This document shows, piece by piece, positions 38,899 to 52,325 of a DNA stretch of 63,112 bases. Numbering within the stretch: the first letter of the stretch is position 1; each line of letters starts with the position of its first letter. Under the pieces are notes generated by a model. It did no database searches, was not told where the DNA came from, and saw only the letters and a program-made list of their open reading frames with translations. A program made the position numbers and the translations under genes. This stretch comes from Octopus bimaculoides (Eukaryota), in assembly GCF_001194135.2 (NCBI RefSeq), contig NC_068981.1, positions 84,067,932-84,131,043 of the forward strand, given 5' to 3'.

Positions 38899-40104
38899 AT
38901 TATTATTATTATTATTATCATTATTATTATTACTAGTTACTATTATTATTATTTCCATGCGTAATATATGTGTAAAAGTGTGTTTATATAAACGTATGCG
39001 TATGTAGGTGTGCATTTATGTGTATGCACGTTTCCATACGCACATTAGTTTGAATGTGTGTGTATTGTACGTGTGCATGCGTCTTTTAAATAAATATGTA
39101 TGTATATATAAATATGCCATACATAACATGTATCTCTCTTTTTCTCACATAGACTGAATAAATTGATTTTCTACCTCTGATTTTTGTTTTATGTGTAAAT
39201 ACACGGATGTTTGTATACATGCATATACATGTGTATATTCATGTACGTACAAATACGCATTAACAAACTTGCATATATGTGTGCGACTGAATTTGAGCAA
39301 TCTTAACGGTTCGCATTTCGGCTATTTATTTATTTATTTATTTACTTATTTACGTATTTTCGTGTTTATTTATTTGTAATCTCTCATATTTTTATTTGTT
39401 ATACTTGTTCAGTCTGCTTTGCTTGGTTCATTATTTTCCCACAGTAACGTCTATTCACAATGTTACCCATCCCTACCCAGCCATCTTTAATCTTATAAAC
39501 TTCCAACTCGTTTCCTTCATCCTCACCCTTACCTCCTTCTTTCCAGATTCTTTCATTAGAGTCATTACAACGGGTTGATGTTAAATCACATCAACAAAGA
39601 TTCATGACATTAAAGGCCAGCTTATACAAAAGCCAGCTCGATTCCGATCTTGTTCTATCATACCGTCATTGCCCCAGTGATGATCGTATGGTTTGAAATA
39701 TAAGATGGCGTCCGGGTTGTTTTCTTCCTACCCACATCTAACACAGTATCGTCGTTCTTTTCTTCTTCCTTTTATTTGAGATCAATTTTTCTTTGAGGCC
39801 ATTTAACCTCATCTCCCAGTCAATTCATTACTCATTTGTCTGTCCGACTCTGTTTCTTTTCGTTTTTCTTTCTTTCACTGCATATCTATCTATAAGTATG
39901 TCTGCCTGCAACTATATCTGTCTATATCTACCCATCTCTCGTCCTCTATTACCTTCTCTCCCTCCTACCCACATTCTCTTCTACACTCTTCCTTCCTCTA
40001 CACATACATACATGTATATGTATGCATATATGTGTGTGTGTAAAACGACTTACGCAGATACATACATGCACGCTCACACACACACTTGCATGTATATACA
40101 TGAA

Positions 40105-40136
<32 letters not shown>

Positions 40137-40921
40137 CATAAACACGCGTACACACGCGTTCACCACAACCGCACACACATACACAGACGCACGCGCGTGT
40201 ATATGTGTGTCTCTTATCTACTTTTCTCTGTATACACGTATGCAATGTATCTATCTATTTATCTATCTGATCGTCTGTTTGTCTTTCTGTGTAAGTGTAC
40301 TTGTACGTATATGAGTATGTGTCTCTATGCTTGTCTTCCCTACCTATTCAATTGAAGTCCTATATCTTTCATTACGTCCCTATTGCATTCATATCGCTTT
40401 ACTTTCTTGGCTTTGAAAATGTCACTCGCATATTTACTTTGTCACTCTCTTACATATTTTCTCTCACTTTTTGCATTAGCTCAAATATATACCCTGCTTC
40501 AATTATTGATGTGCATANNNNNNNNNNNNNNNNNNNNNNNNNNNNNNNNNNNNNNNNNNNNNNNNNNNNNNNNNNNNNNNNNNNNNNNNNNNNNNNNNNN
40601 NNNNNNNNNNNNNNNNNNNNNNNNNNNNNNNNNNNNNNNNNNNNNNNNNNNNNNNNNNNNNNNNNNNNNNNNNNNNNNNNNNNNNNNNNNNNNNNNNNNN
40701 NNNNNNNNNNNNNNNNNNNNNNNNNNNNNNNNNNNNNNNNNNNNNNNNNNNNNNNNNNNNNNNNNNNNNNNNNNNNNNNNNNNNNNNNNNNNNNNNNNNN
40801 NNNNNNNNNNNNNNNNNNNNNNNNNNNNNNNNNNNNNNNNNNNNNNNNNNNNNNNNNNNNNNNNNNNNNNNNNNNNNNNNNNNNNNNNNNNNNNNNNNNN
40901 NNNNNNNNNNNNNNNNNNNNN

Positions 40922-40995
<74 letters not shown>

Positions 40996-41015
40996 ATTAT
41001 TATTATTATTATTAC

Positions 41016-41061
<46 letters not shown>

Positions 41062-41156
41062 TCTCCCTTAGTATTGCTCGATTATTTTTTTAATACACAA
41101 AAACAAAGATATAATAGCAATAATATTAATAATAAATAATAAAAATGATAACGATG

Positions 41157-41201
<45 letters not shown>

Positions 41202-42319
41202 TCAATATAATCATACACACCATCAAGCCAAAGAACAAACCAATAAAGGCATCAGGAACCAGTAACACCAAGTGAACAACAAAGCAACAAACGAGATTGA
41301 AATGTGAAGTGTAGAAGAGATGAAAGCATCAACATTTCATCCTTGATTTGTTAGTGCTAAGCAAACAACAAACTTTTCGCCTTCTCTCTTATCAATCAGT
41401 GCAGAGAAAATTCTCAGGATATTCTGAACATTAAGCAGAAGCAAGATGGAAATTGGCTCATAGAAAGCAGAAATTCTGCGAAACACGTCAAGAATGACGA
41501 CTGACTGTATGTGTATGTATGAGTGTATTTGTATGAATATGTATTTTCCCTCTCTTTCTCTCTCTCGCGCGCGCTATCTGTCTGAGTCTTTCTGTATGTG
41601 TATGTGAATTATTTCGGTTTTAAATATGTGTATGTATTCTTGTATTTTCTTATATGTTAACTCGGCGAGTATGCACATGTGTCGATGAGTTTACTGGTTT
41701 ATATGTAGAATTATTAATATAATTTTTTTATATGTGTTAAGTTAAATCGAGTATATGTCTGTAAGTGGTTATGTTTATGTACATGAAAACGTATATACAT
41801 ACGTGTGTGTAACTGTGTGTATTATTTGGTTTGTTGAATCTATGTATATTTAGATTCAGCAGTAAGTTTATATGGCAATTATTGTTATATACAAACGTGT
41901 GCATATATGAGTGTATTTAAGTTCGTGTGTATGAATATATACGTACATATACATGAACATATATACATGGACACATATGCATATGTATATATATTTATGT
42001 GTGTGTGTGTGCGTCTGTGTGTGTGTGTGTATACACTTGTTTATATATATATACATATGCATACAGGCATTCATACACACATACATACATGCACACGTAC
42101 ATACATCCATCCATCCATCCATACATACATACATACATACATACATACATACATCTCTATAAACAAAAACGAAAACGTGAACGATATGAGACCACTACGT
42201 GGTTTCACAGTTAGCAACATTCCAACAGATTCTATATAGTGCCAATCAGCCAAACTACATTACTGGCTCAAGTAACTGACCACTGTACCCTACTACGATT
42301 ACGATAAATAGCAGGCACA

Positions 42320-42361
42320 ACCGCAACGATTATTGTAGACTACTACAATAATCGTTGCGGT
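42320..42361. repeat. Perfect 19-bp hairpin with 4-nt loop
   Basis: ACCGCAACGATTATTGTAG-ACTA-CTACAATAATCGTTGCGGT. Confidence 0.95.
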
Positions 42362-42479
42362 GGTAGTCAGGATTATATGCCAATGAAATGTGCCCTTACT
42401 GAAATTTTCCGAGAAAAAATAACTTTGGCTTTGAAGGATTCTCTCGAGGAGAGAGTATTTTCTATCGAAGTAAGTAAAA

Positions 42480-43870
42480 AAAACCACCAGACACGGTATT
42501 AACAGCTGTTAACGAAATTGGTGATGAGTATTTCCAACAGTGTGGGGAATCCACATAGTGGCAGATTAACACCTGTCTATATGCTCTGGCTACTACTGTA
42601 AGGCAGTACATGAATGATATTCAAAATGTAAAGAAAACCGAAATAACAAAGTAAGTATATTCATGGGTTTTGAAGACAGAGAAAAAGATAACTGGTTTAC
42701 GGAAGACCATCAATCATGTAATGATGCTTATTGCATGCAAACAAACAAATCGCTATACGTCCCACCAGCAAAAAATAAAGAAGGAGACAGAAATGATGTT
42801 TAGAGACAGTAAAAAGAGCACACTCACTTGCAAACTGTTTACCCTCGGGCATGAGCTAAAAGCTGTCAGTGAAAAACTCTGACATTAGAAGAGAATAATC
42901 AAGAAAAGAACAACAAACAAAAAATTTAACCGCAACCAGACAGCAGCATACAGAGACATGAGAGGAGGTTCAATAAACATCACAGAAGCTCCTTCACGAG
43001 AAGACATAGATTCCTTCTGGACGAAAATCTGCGGTGAAGAGAAGGAAATTAACCAAGACGCTCTGTGGCTGGAAGAAATCTGAAAAAGCTATTGCTCTTG
43101 CATTACATCCAAGACATACAACATTGATGGTGAAACTCTTGCAACTGTGTTCCAGAAACTCAAGAAAGAAAAAGCACCTGGAAGAGACTTGATTGTTGGA
43201 TATTGGTACAAGAAGCTAACATTCTACCGACCATATCTTATCAATCTGTACCAGCAAGCTTTTATTGGGAACAGTATCATACCACACTAGTTACCGCTGG
43301 CAGAGACAAAACCTATCCCCCAATGCAAGAACAACCACATGGCAAAAGACTTCATGCCAATTGCATGCTATAACATGATGTATAAAATATATACAGCATG
43401 TTTAAGCCTCTTCCTCCAGGACCATTGTGAAACCAAGAACATCATCACAGCAGAACAAGCAACTGGGAAGAAGGAAGTCTGGAGATGTGCCGAGCAATTG
43501 TTAATCAACAAAACTGTGATGTTAGAGGTGCGAGAGCATCGGAGGAACCTAGTTTCAATGTGGCTAGATTACAAGAAAGCCGTTGACTCTGTTCCACACT
43601 CATGGATGCTAGAAACCCTTCAACTTGCTTAAGTTCCAATAAGAATAGTCAAAGCCATAGCTGACCTAACTTCATCGTGGGACACCATCTTGAAATAAAC
43701 ACAAAGCGTGAATGTATTATTACCGATAGAATACAGTATCGCAAACGCATATTCCAAGAGGACAGCCTCTCTGTGATGTTTATACTTTCTGTAAACCCCT
43801 TGTCATTCATGTTAAGGAAGTATGAAGGATATCTCACTGGTCCACAAGGAAACAGAAATACCTCTATGTA
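42480..43870 (+). mobile_element. Degenerate RT-containing fragment of an R4/Dong/NeSL-type LINE
   Basis: Broken frames give KAPGRDLIVGYWYKKL, FMPIACYNMMYKIYT, LLINKTV, MWLDYKKAVDSVPHSW and IFQEDSLS (decayed GIFQGDSLS). Ends before the YxDD motif. Confidence 0.85.
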
Positions 43871-44001
43871 GGTTTATTTTTAAAGTAATAAACGTCCTGA
43901 CTCAGAGGACCAATTATAAACACAGTTTGAAGAGTAAATTTGCAACTAACTTTCAATACTCGTAAAAAAGGTTTCCTCAGCTAATGGGAGACATCATTTA
44001 A

Positions 44002-44216
44002 TATTGGTTTCAAATTTTAGCACAAAGCCAGCAATTCTAGGGGAGGAGTAAGTCGATTATATTGATCCCAGGGGTCAACTGGTACTTATTTTATCGACCC
44101 CGACAGGATAAAAGCCAAAGTCGATCTCGGCGGAATTTGACCTCTGAACGTAAATACGGAAGAAATGCTGCCAAGCATTTTTCCCGACGTGCTAACGATT
44201 CCGCCAGCTTGCCACC
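44002..44216 (-). mobile_element. SINE family C
   Basis: Minus strand GGTGGCAAGCTGGCGGAATCGTTAGCACG..CAAATTCCGCCGAGATCGACTTTGGCTTTTATCCTGTCGGGGTCGATAAAATAAGTACCAG. Confidence 0.85.
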
Positions 44217-45394
44217 TGAAAGAGATATCACTTCATATTAAATTGGCTACTTTGTTAATATCGAATTTTGTAATTATCTCTAACGCAGGCTGTTCAATAA
44301 GAACAACAATTAGAGGAGCAGAATGAAACGGAATAATAAACGCATGGCAACATCCATAAATGCAATAACAGAACTTTAAGCTTCCCTTACAGCAAAATGT
44401 CTTGCCGCACTTGCTTCATCGCTTTACATTCAGAGTTCAATTCCTGATGAGGTCAAATTTGATTTAGCTCCAATTGAAGTCGATTAGATGGGGTTCCAGC
44501 CAAACGCTGAACTTCATGGGATTGACCAAATACCTCCTAAAAATTGTTGGCTTTATAGCTAAAACATTATTCAGGTAGCATTTAACCAGCGGAATGGGAA
44601 GAGTACTCACGTTATTCTCACTATTCTGTTGGGCCACCATTTTTTGTTTAAATAACGATTGGATCGATCAATCTATACAGCGCCTTCCTACTAATTGTAA
44701 GGGATTTCGTAATAACGTGTAATAACGTGTGAAATCATCTTTTAACTAAAATTAATTCGATTCTTATGCTCATTTTGTTAGTTATTGATCTGTACAAATA
44801 CTTGTGGTTACAGGCACACACACACAGACACACACACACACACATCTATTTAAATATATGAAAGGGTCATACCAAACACTGGTGCATTGGTGCCGTAATA
44901 GACTTATGTTATCATAATCATTATTTTCACTCTGTGAATGTCATGAGTTCTTCCCTCGCAACATCACATTAATGCAGTTACATCGTTTATTTAACCGTGT
45001 ATCATGCTTCCTGACCTTGTCACATTGATTCTCTCGACACAGAATCTTCGTTGTTTGACATGGTTATAATAATGATAATGATTTATTTTGAGACGGTGAT
45101 TTTGTAGCAGTGCGCAAGTTTGTGTGTGTGCGTGCGTGCGTGCATACTTGCATCAATGTGTGTGTGTACGTTTGTGTGTGACTGTGTATGTGTGTGTTTC
45201 GATGCGTGCATTATATGCATGTGTATATAAAATTCACGATTCTACATGTATGTATATATAAATATACACGCTTATACAATCACCTATTCACACTCATATA
45301 AACACACATACATATATATCTTAAGTAATTTTGAATTTTGTTCCATGTCTTCATACCCGTACGGTCTTTAAATATATATGTGTGTATGTATATG

Positions 45395-45429
<35 letters not shown>

Positions 45430-46994
45430 TTATTTATTTATTTATTTATATGTATATATATAATATGCATATATTAGTTTCTATGTTTGCAAGAATGTAA
45501 ATTGTTCTTTTTTAACATTCTGACATTCTCCACTATCGTGTACACATTTCACAATATGTGACGTTCTACTGTGCTGCGAAATCCGAGACCATGGTGACGC
45601 GGTACCGAAGTAGTAGGAAAATGTTATAACGTATGTATATACTACTATATATATATATATATCTCAATGTTTGATAAGTTATGTGCCGCTTAAAGACAGT
45701 GTGATATAGTGTGTGATATGAGAGCATATGTGACTATATGACAGTGTAATTTGAGTGACTATGCAGTTGTATATCAAGGCGATTCAGCATGAAAATGGAA
45801 AGATGTGTGCAGCAAGCAGCGGATGGCGGGAGTGGTGATTGTTGCAACCATTTCACGGCCGGACGATTGCAGATCCAAATCATTTCCAGACGTCAACACG
45901 GTAAACGCAAGATTTCCTTGCTTCATGAGCGTTTCACATTTATTCTCATTATCCGATCCAACAGTGTTTCTAATTCTGCTACGGGACTTTTGTTTTTTTT
46001 TTGTTTCTTTGTTTGTCTCTTATTTTGTTACTTTATTCCCGGTGACTTGATTGGATATAATGTAAACGTAGAGATTGTTAGGTTGGTGACGTGGTTGATT
46101 GGTGGTGTATTTGTTGATGGGTGGTAATTGATGTTCTGTGTGTTGTTGTTGTTGTTGTTGTTGTTGTTGTGGTGGTGGTGGTGGTGGTGGTGTTAGTAAT
46201 ATGTTATAGGTAGCGGCGCTGATGTCGGTGGTTTAGGTGGAAAATAGCAATGGCGGTGTTTATCGTGATGGTGGTGGAGGTTATATTAATGTTGATAGTC
46301 GTAGTTTGTTGTCATAAGGATAGTAAATGCTGCTATCATGGTGGTGGCGGTGGTGTGTTGTTGGTGGTGGAGTTGTTGTCGATGGTGGTGGTGGTGGTAG
46401 TGGTGGTAAAGATAATTACAATGGTAGCAATGGCAGTGATATTAATGGTGACGTTACTATTAGAAATGATAAGGGCGCTCATGCTGGATTTGTTAAGATA
46501 TTGTAGTTGTTATCATGTTTGTATCGAACGGTGAATGGGAGAATCATTAGAGCACTGGAGACATGTTTTGCAGCAATTCTTCAAGTTTTTTTTTAAGATT
46601 TGACTTCAAATCTTACAGAAGTGAACATTGCCTACATCCCTTATAGATCGATAAACAATGTACTATTTAAGTATTTTATTAAGTGTTAGGGGTCAATGGT
46701 ATGAACAAAATCACTTCTCTCAAAATTGTTATGCTTGAATCAGAAAACATTATTATAGTTTTGTAGGGTGTCAGGCTGACAGAATCAATAGGGCATTAAA
46801 AAACTTGTTTTAAGGTATTTGTTCTACTCATTACGTCGTTCTGAGTTCAGACCCTGTCGAGGTAAACTTATCCGTTCCATTCTCTCTAGGTTGATAAATA
46901 ACTTACTAGTCCAGTATAGGGTTGGTTTCATTGACTGAACACTCCCCTCAATTATCTAACTTGTACTTTAGATTATATAAATCACTAGTATTTC

Positions 46995-47167
46995 AGAATC
47001 GTTAGAATACCGGAGGAAATGTATAGAGGCATACGGTTTGAGTTCAAATTCCGCCGAGGTCGACTTTGCTTTCATCCTTTCGGGGTCGATAAAATAAGTA
47101 CCAGTTGTGCACTGATATCGGTGTAATCGATTTCCCTATCCATCAAAATTGCTGGCCTGGTACTAAA

Positions 47168-47170
<3 letters not shown>
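46995..47170 (+). mobile_element. SINE family C (second diverged copy just upstream, about 46770-46975)
   Basis: GAGTTCAAATTCCGCCGAGGTCGACTTTGCTTTCATCCTTTCGGGGTCGATAAAATAAGTACCAG. Confidence 0.8.
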
Positions 47171-47224
<54 letters not shown>

Positions 47225-47248
47225 AATAATAATTTTATTATTATCATA

Positions 47249-47309
<61 letters not shown>

Positions 47310-49166
47310 TTGTTGATGTTATTTTTACTCTTGTTGTTATTAAGCCCATTTTAGCACTGTTTGAGAAAATCTGTGCTAAAAAATAGCTGCTGCGAACATC
47401 CACGCTTTTTGTAATATCGATTACAACTGCTAAGTTCCTGAGGCGTAAACAAAGCAACACTGGTTGTGAAACGGTGGAAGATAAATGGATATACACACGC
47501 ATATATACCTATATATGTGTGCGTGTGAGCGTGTGTGTAAATGAGTGAATGCATGAATGGAAGGAAGGAACGAACGAACGAACAAACGAACGAACGAAGT
47601 AAGGATGGATGGATGGATGGATGGATGGATTTTCACGCTGTTTTCCATCTACCACATCCTCTCGAAATGCACTGCGCAGTCGTGGGTATAATAAGGAAAG
47701 TGTCCAAAATGATGTGCTATAGGACTGCATCCGAAATCCCATCATAGCGAGGCATGATCGCCTCTACGTTCTGATGAGTTGGTGATGTATTTACTGACTG
47801 TAATATTTTCAATACAGTTTCATAGACTATCCCGCTTGATACTGAGATAAGAATTACATTGAAATATCGTTATAGATTCGAAGTTTCATTTCTGCTTCCT
47901 ATGGCATTATTTACAAATTTTTGTTTGTTATTCAGGCATGGAATCATAACTAATAAATATGCAAAGCAGGAATGTTTAAGTGTTCATATATCTTGCTTAA
48001 GAATATATATATATATTGTGAAAGTTTTTCGCCATGAACGGTTTGTATTTTTTAAACCGAATGTAGTTTTTCTGGTGTTATATTTATTCCTGAAGATGTG
48101 TAAAGAAATTTTGATTTATTAAGTCTCTTAATGAATTCCTTATACTGAAATATATATTGAAGAAGATAGATATGTTCATTTGAATATATACGTTTTTGCG
48201 TCGTAATTCCTTTATTATTATTAATATAACCAAAAGGATCGATTCTTGAAGAGTCTACATATCTTCACTATCGTTTTTTTCTGCTATTTTAGTGATGATT
48301 TTTTGAGTTAGCTTACCAATTATTTTTCTTGGTAGTTAGTTTATAATATATATATATATATATATATATAAAACACTGACTTCTTTGATATGTACAAGGA
48401 TTATTGTTTTGGAAAAGAGAATGGTCGTTTATATCGCTTTCCTTATCTTAGCATTTAACTAGTGTTATATTTTATCGAATATGAAAGACAAATTTAACTC
48501 TAATAGGATTTGAATACAGGTCGTAAAAGATAGTATGAATGATATAAACGACTGTTTTTTTTTTCTTTTTATACATGAATATTAATTCGATTTCAAGAGA
48601 ATTGGTAGTGGATTATCTATCACATCGGCCACACCAATTCACTGATAGTCTCTTTTCACTAGTTTGGAAATCCCTTCCTAAGAATTTGAACACAGATCAA
48701 AAAAGTCTGAAAACGAGGTTATTGATTCAAGTAGAAGGGGAAGGAATAAATTTATTATCATAAGTAAAAGTATATTATAAATATATATGGCAGTGTATAA
48801 TTATATAAAAAATATCATAATGTATTTGGAATTAGTTTTATTAGTGTTTCTATAAGTATATACACTTCAAACTGATTTTAATCTCGTGAATATCATTCAC
48901 TAAGTCTAGTAGCTCTAGGAATTTACACAGAATTATATCTACTACATATATATATGCATGTATTGTATGTTTGTGTGCAAGGGTGTATGTGTGTATAGAG
49001 ATTCGACACGCTGTAACTCAGTGGATATTTTCAAGTATTTTCGATTTTAATCATAATACACATCTTATTAAAAATTCCTGATCTCTTAATGCGTAATACA
49101 TTTACTGCGTTCTCGCTCACCCTTCTTTTTCTTTTCCTACTTCTCTCTTTCTCTTTATTACACACA

Positions 49167-49220
<54 letters not shown>

Positions 49221-50095
49221 GACTATTTCTCTTACTCTGTACGCGTGTGAGTGCATATACATACATGCACACATATAACCGATACACATCTTGCTTGTTT
49301 GTATCTGTATATATATACGTGTGTATGTGTGAGTGTGTGTGCATATACCTGTGTGCATACACATACATATACGGTGAGAGAGAAGGAGAAGGGAGAGGAA
49401 GAAAGAGAGAGCAACAGAGAGGAACAGAGAGACGCTACATGTGTGCTTTATGTTTATGGTTAATGTTTTAATCATAATAAAACTTAAAAACAGTAAGGGG
49501 CCACTTAATTACTTCTGTTTCTGTAGCAAAGTGTTATAAGAATTAATGAAGTAGATTTTAGATTTATCATTTATTTACCAATAAACTCAACATTTTAGGA
49601 AATCGCAGATTTCGCGTAGCTGTTTAAGAGAGCTGTGGACGTTAGTTTCTCCTTGAGACACATGTTTGCTCAATTTTCTCTATTCACTCTTCACGACTTT
49701 ACTTTAAATTCCAAATCTGTTTTTCATAATGGTACTGAGCTGTTTTTCTTTAAGTCTTGTATCTAACAGTAGATAGTATTTAGAATCTGGCAAAATCGTG
49801 TTCTAGTGTTAGTAATCAATTATTTGGATACAATATACATTGATGACAATCGTTCCATTGAGTTATAGAGGTATCGTAAGATCACAATCGTATTTCTCTC
49901 AACATTTGATGTAATAATATAAATGTTTGAAAAAGAAACTTTGAGACATGCAGGTTAAGAGTTAAATACGATTAGTATTGTGATACGAGTAAATGAAAGC
50001 AAAATGACAAGAAATTTTATTACCTAAGGTAGGTTACTGAACCTATTATATTTCGGGAAAAAGTCCGCTTTTCAAATAGAAAAAAGAAAATAGCC

Positions 50096-50171
50096 TAGAA
50101 CATTGGAGAAATATGTGGTTAAGAGCGCAGGCTACTAACCCCAAGATTCCGAGTTCGATTCCAAGCAGTGA

Positions 50172-50258
<87 letters not shown>

Positions 50259-50408
50259 NNNNNNNNNNTAAAAAATACCTTAGGAATGAGAAACCAGGTT
50301 CGAAATTTCCCTAAGACACCTGATGAAGGCTGGAGGGTATATCAGCCGAAATGTTGAGTTAACAATAAACAAGATGAGGACAAATATCCGTCAAATGTAA
50401 ATAATGTA
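50096..50408 (+). mobile_element. Composite SINE family D: tRNA-like head, (AAT)n, hammerhead-bearing tail
   Basis: Head TGGTTAAGAGCGCAGGCTACTAACCCCAAGATTCCGAGTTCGATTCC (B box 50151-62; resembles eukaryotic tRNA-Ile(AAU)), (AAT)n 50176-50258, 10-N gap, then a tail shared with 10252-10349. Confidence 0.7.
50315..50360 (+). ncRNA. Minimal type I hammerhead motif (stem III mutated in this copy)
   Basis: GACAC-CTGATGA-A-GGCTG-[GAGGGTATAT]-CAGCC-GAAA-TGTT-GAGTT. The sister copy at 10253-10270 reads GAAA-CGTT-GTGTT. Confidence 0.7.
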
Positions 50409-50450
50409 TGTGGTTACATTTTAATTATTTTCTTTCTTCTATTATCCTTT

Positions 50451-50851
50451 ATCTTTTTACTTGTTTCAGGCAGTCGTCCGTGGCCATACTGGGAGGGTTT
50501 TAGTCTTATGAATCGACTCCAGTACTTATTTTTAAAGTCTGGTATTTATTCTATCGGTATTTCTTCCTACCGCTACACAGACCAACACCCATTGTCAAGC
50601 GGTGGTGGGTACAACTACAAAAACAAAGGCACGCAATAACACGCGCGCGCGCGCACACACACACACGCACACAAGATATAAATATATATCTGACGGACAT
50701 CTTTTAGTTTCCGTCTATCACGTTCAATCACAAGGCTTTAGTCGGCCCTGGGCTATTGTAGAAAACACTTGTTCAATATGCCAAACAGTGGTACTGAATC
50801 CGGAAACATATGGGTAGGAAGCAAACTCCTTATTGCACTGCCGCACTTGTA
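50451..50851 (-). mobile_element. SINE family A, diverged copy
   Basis: Plus strand TTTTTACTTGTTTCAG..TTTTAGTTTCCGTCTATC..CACAAGGCTTTAGTCGGCCC..GGAAACATATGGGTAGGAAGC. Confidence 0.75.
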
Positions 50852-51018
50852 TAATTTCTTCTCATTTATCCACTCTTTATACATCTTCACTAACTCCTCA
50901 AATGCATCGCTCGAAGATTTTGCTTCAAACCTATATATTATTTGGTGCAATGCTTAAAGCAAATCATAATACTGTTTTATATGATGAGTTTTTATTAACA
51001 TTAGCCTCCACACACATC

Positions 51019-51233
51019 TCTTTTACTCTTTTACTTGTTTCAGTTATTTGACTGCGGCCATGCTGGGGCACCGCCTTTTAGTCGAGCAAATCGAGCCCAG
51101 GACTTATTCTTTGTAAGCCTAGTACTTATGCTATCGGTCTCTTGTGCCGAACCGCTAAGTTACGGGGACGTAAACACACTAGCCTCGGTTGTCAAGCGAA
51201 GTTGGGGGAACAAACACAGACACACAAATATAT

Positions 51234-51264
<31 letters not shown>

Positions 51265-51576
51265 NNNNNNNNNNNNNNNNNNNNNNNNNNNNNNNNNNNN
51301 NNNNNNNNNNNNNNNNNNNNNNNNNNNNNNNNNNNNNNNNNNNNNNNNNNNNNNNNNNNNNNNNNNNNNNNNNNNNNNNNNNNNNNNNNNNNNNNNNNTA
51401 TATACATATATACGACGGGCTTCTTTCAGTTTCCGTCTACCAAATCCACTCACAAGGCTTTGGTCGGCCCGAGGCTATAGTAGAAGACACTTGCCCAAGG
51501 TTCCACGAAGTGGGATTGAACCCGGAACCATGTGGTTCGTAAGCAACCTACTTACCACATAGCCACTCCTGCGCCT
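51019..51576 (-). mobile_element. SINE family A, full length
   Basis: Closely similar to 4373-5105 on both sides of an internal (TA)n tract with a gap. Confidence 0.9.
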
Positions 51577-52325
51577 TTATATAAAATTCTTTTATATATA
51601 TTGAAAATGCTGAAAGAAAATGAGTGAATCAATTGAATTTGTCTCTATTTGTATTTTGCTTATCAAGGGCTTAATCGTTGCTCACAAGTTAGTTGGATCT
51701 GGTAGTTAGTACTACACTTTCACTAATTGTTTCAGATGCCTACTTAGTAGTGAGTAGGCTGAGACGATATTTCCATCTTCTCACACTTGATCCATCGCAT
51801 GTGGGACAGATAGAAGAAAAGTTGGCTGCCCGGGTAGTTGGCAAGTTCTTATTTTCAACTGATAGAACTGAATTCAAGCGAAATTATATGCTTAGCCCAG
51901 TGACGCAAAACACCACTCGGTCCAGGAAACGTCCAGCTTAATAACTGCAACCCAACACGGTGTCCAATAGGGGCGGGACGAAATAGTTAAGTAACAAAAT
52001 TTACAACTATTCGAAATCCAAGAGAATTGCTCAATGAATTTAATATCAAGCAAGTCTGAAATTGCTATCTCCTTCTCGTAGTTTTTCTGTACATATTTTA
52101 TCGACATTAGTTGAGTAAAAGGTTATATACATCAAAATCCTAGATTATGAGTGATATTACGTTGATAGTAAGGCTGAAACGAGAGAAACAGAAAAGATTT
52201 ATGTGCATTTCCAGTGAAAGGAGAAAAGTTTGGGTACGTGTGTTTCATAAAAAAACTGGAATCAGTTTCTAAACAGCAGAAATTTGGTCGGAGAGGAAAT
52301 AGCAATATATATATAGAAAGGATTG

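Noticed and set aside
45789-46127. 112-aa ORF in a CpG-containing unique stretch
   Set aside because: No recognisable domain or convincing splice sites; the 3' half runs into low-complexity sequence.
51920-51940. GAAACGTC-CAGC
   Set aside because: No properly placed CUGANGA or stem I upstream.
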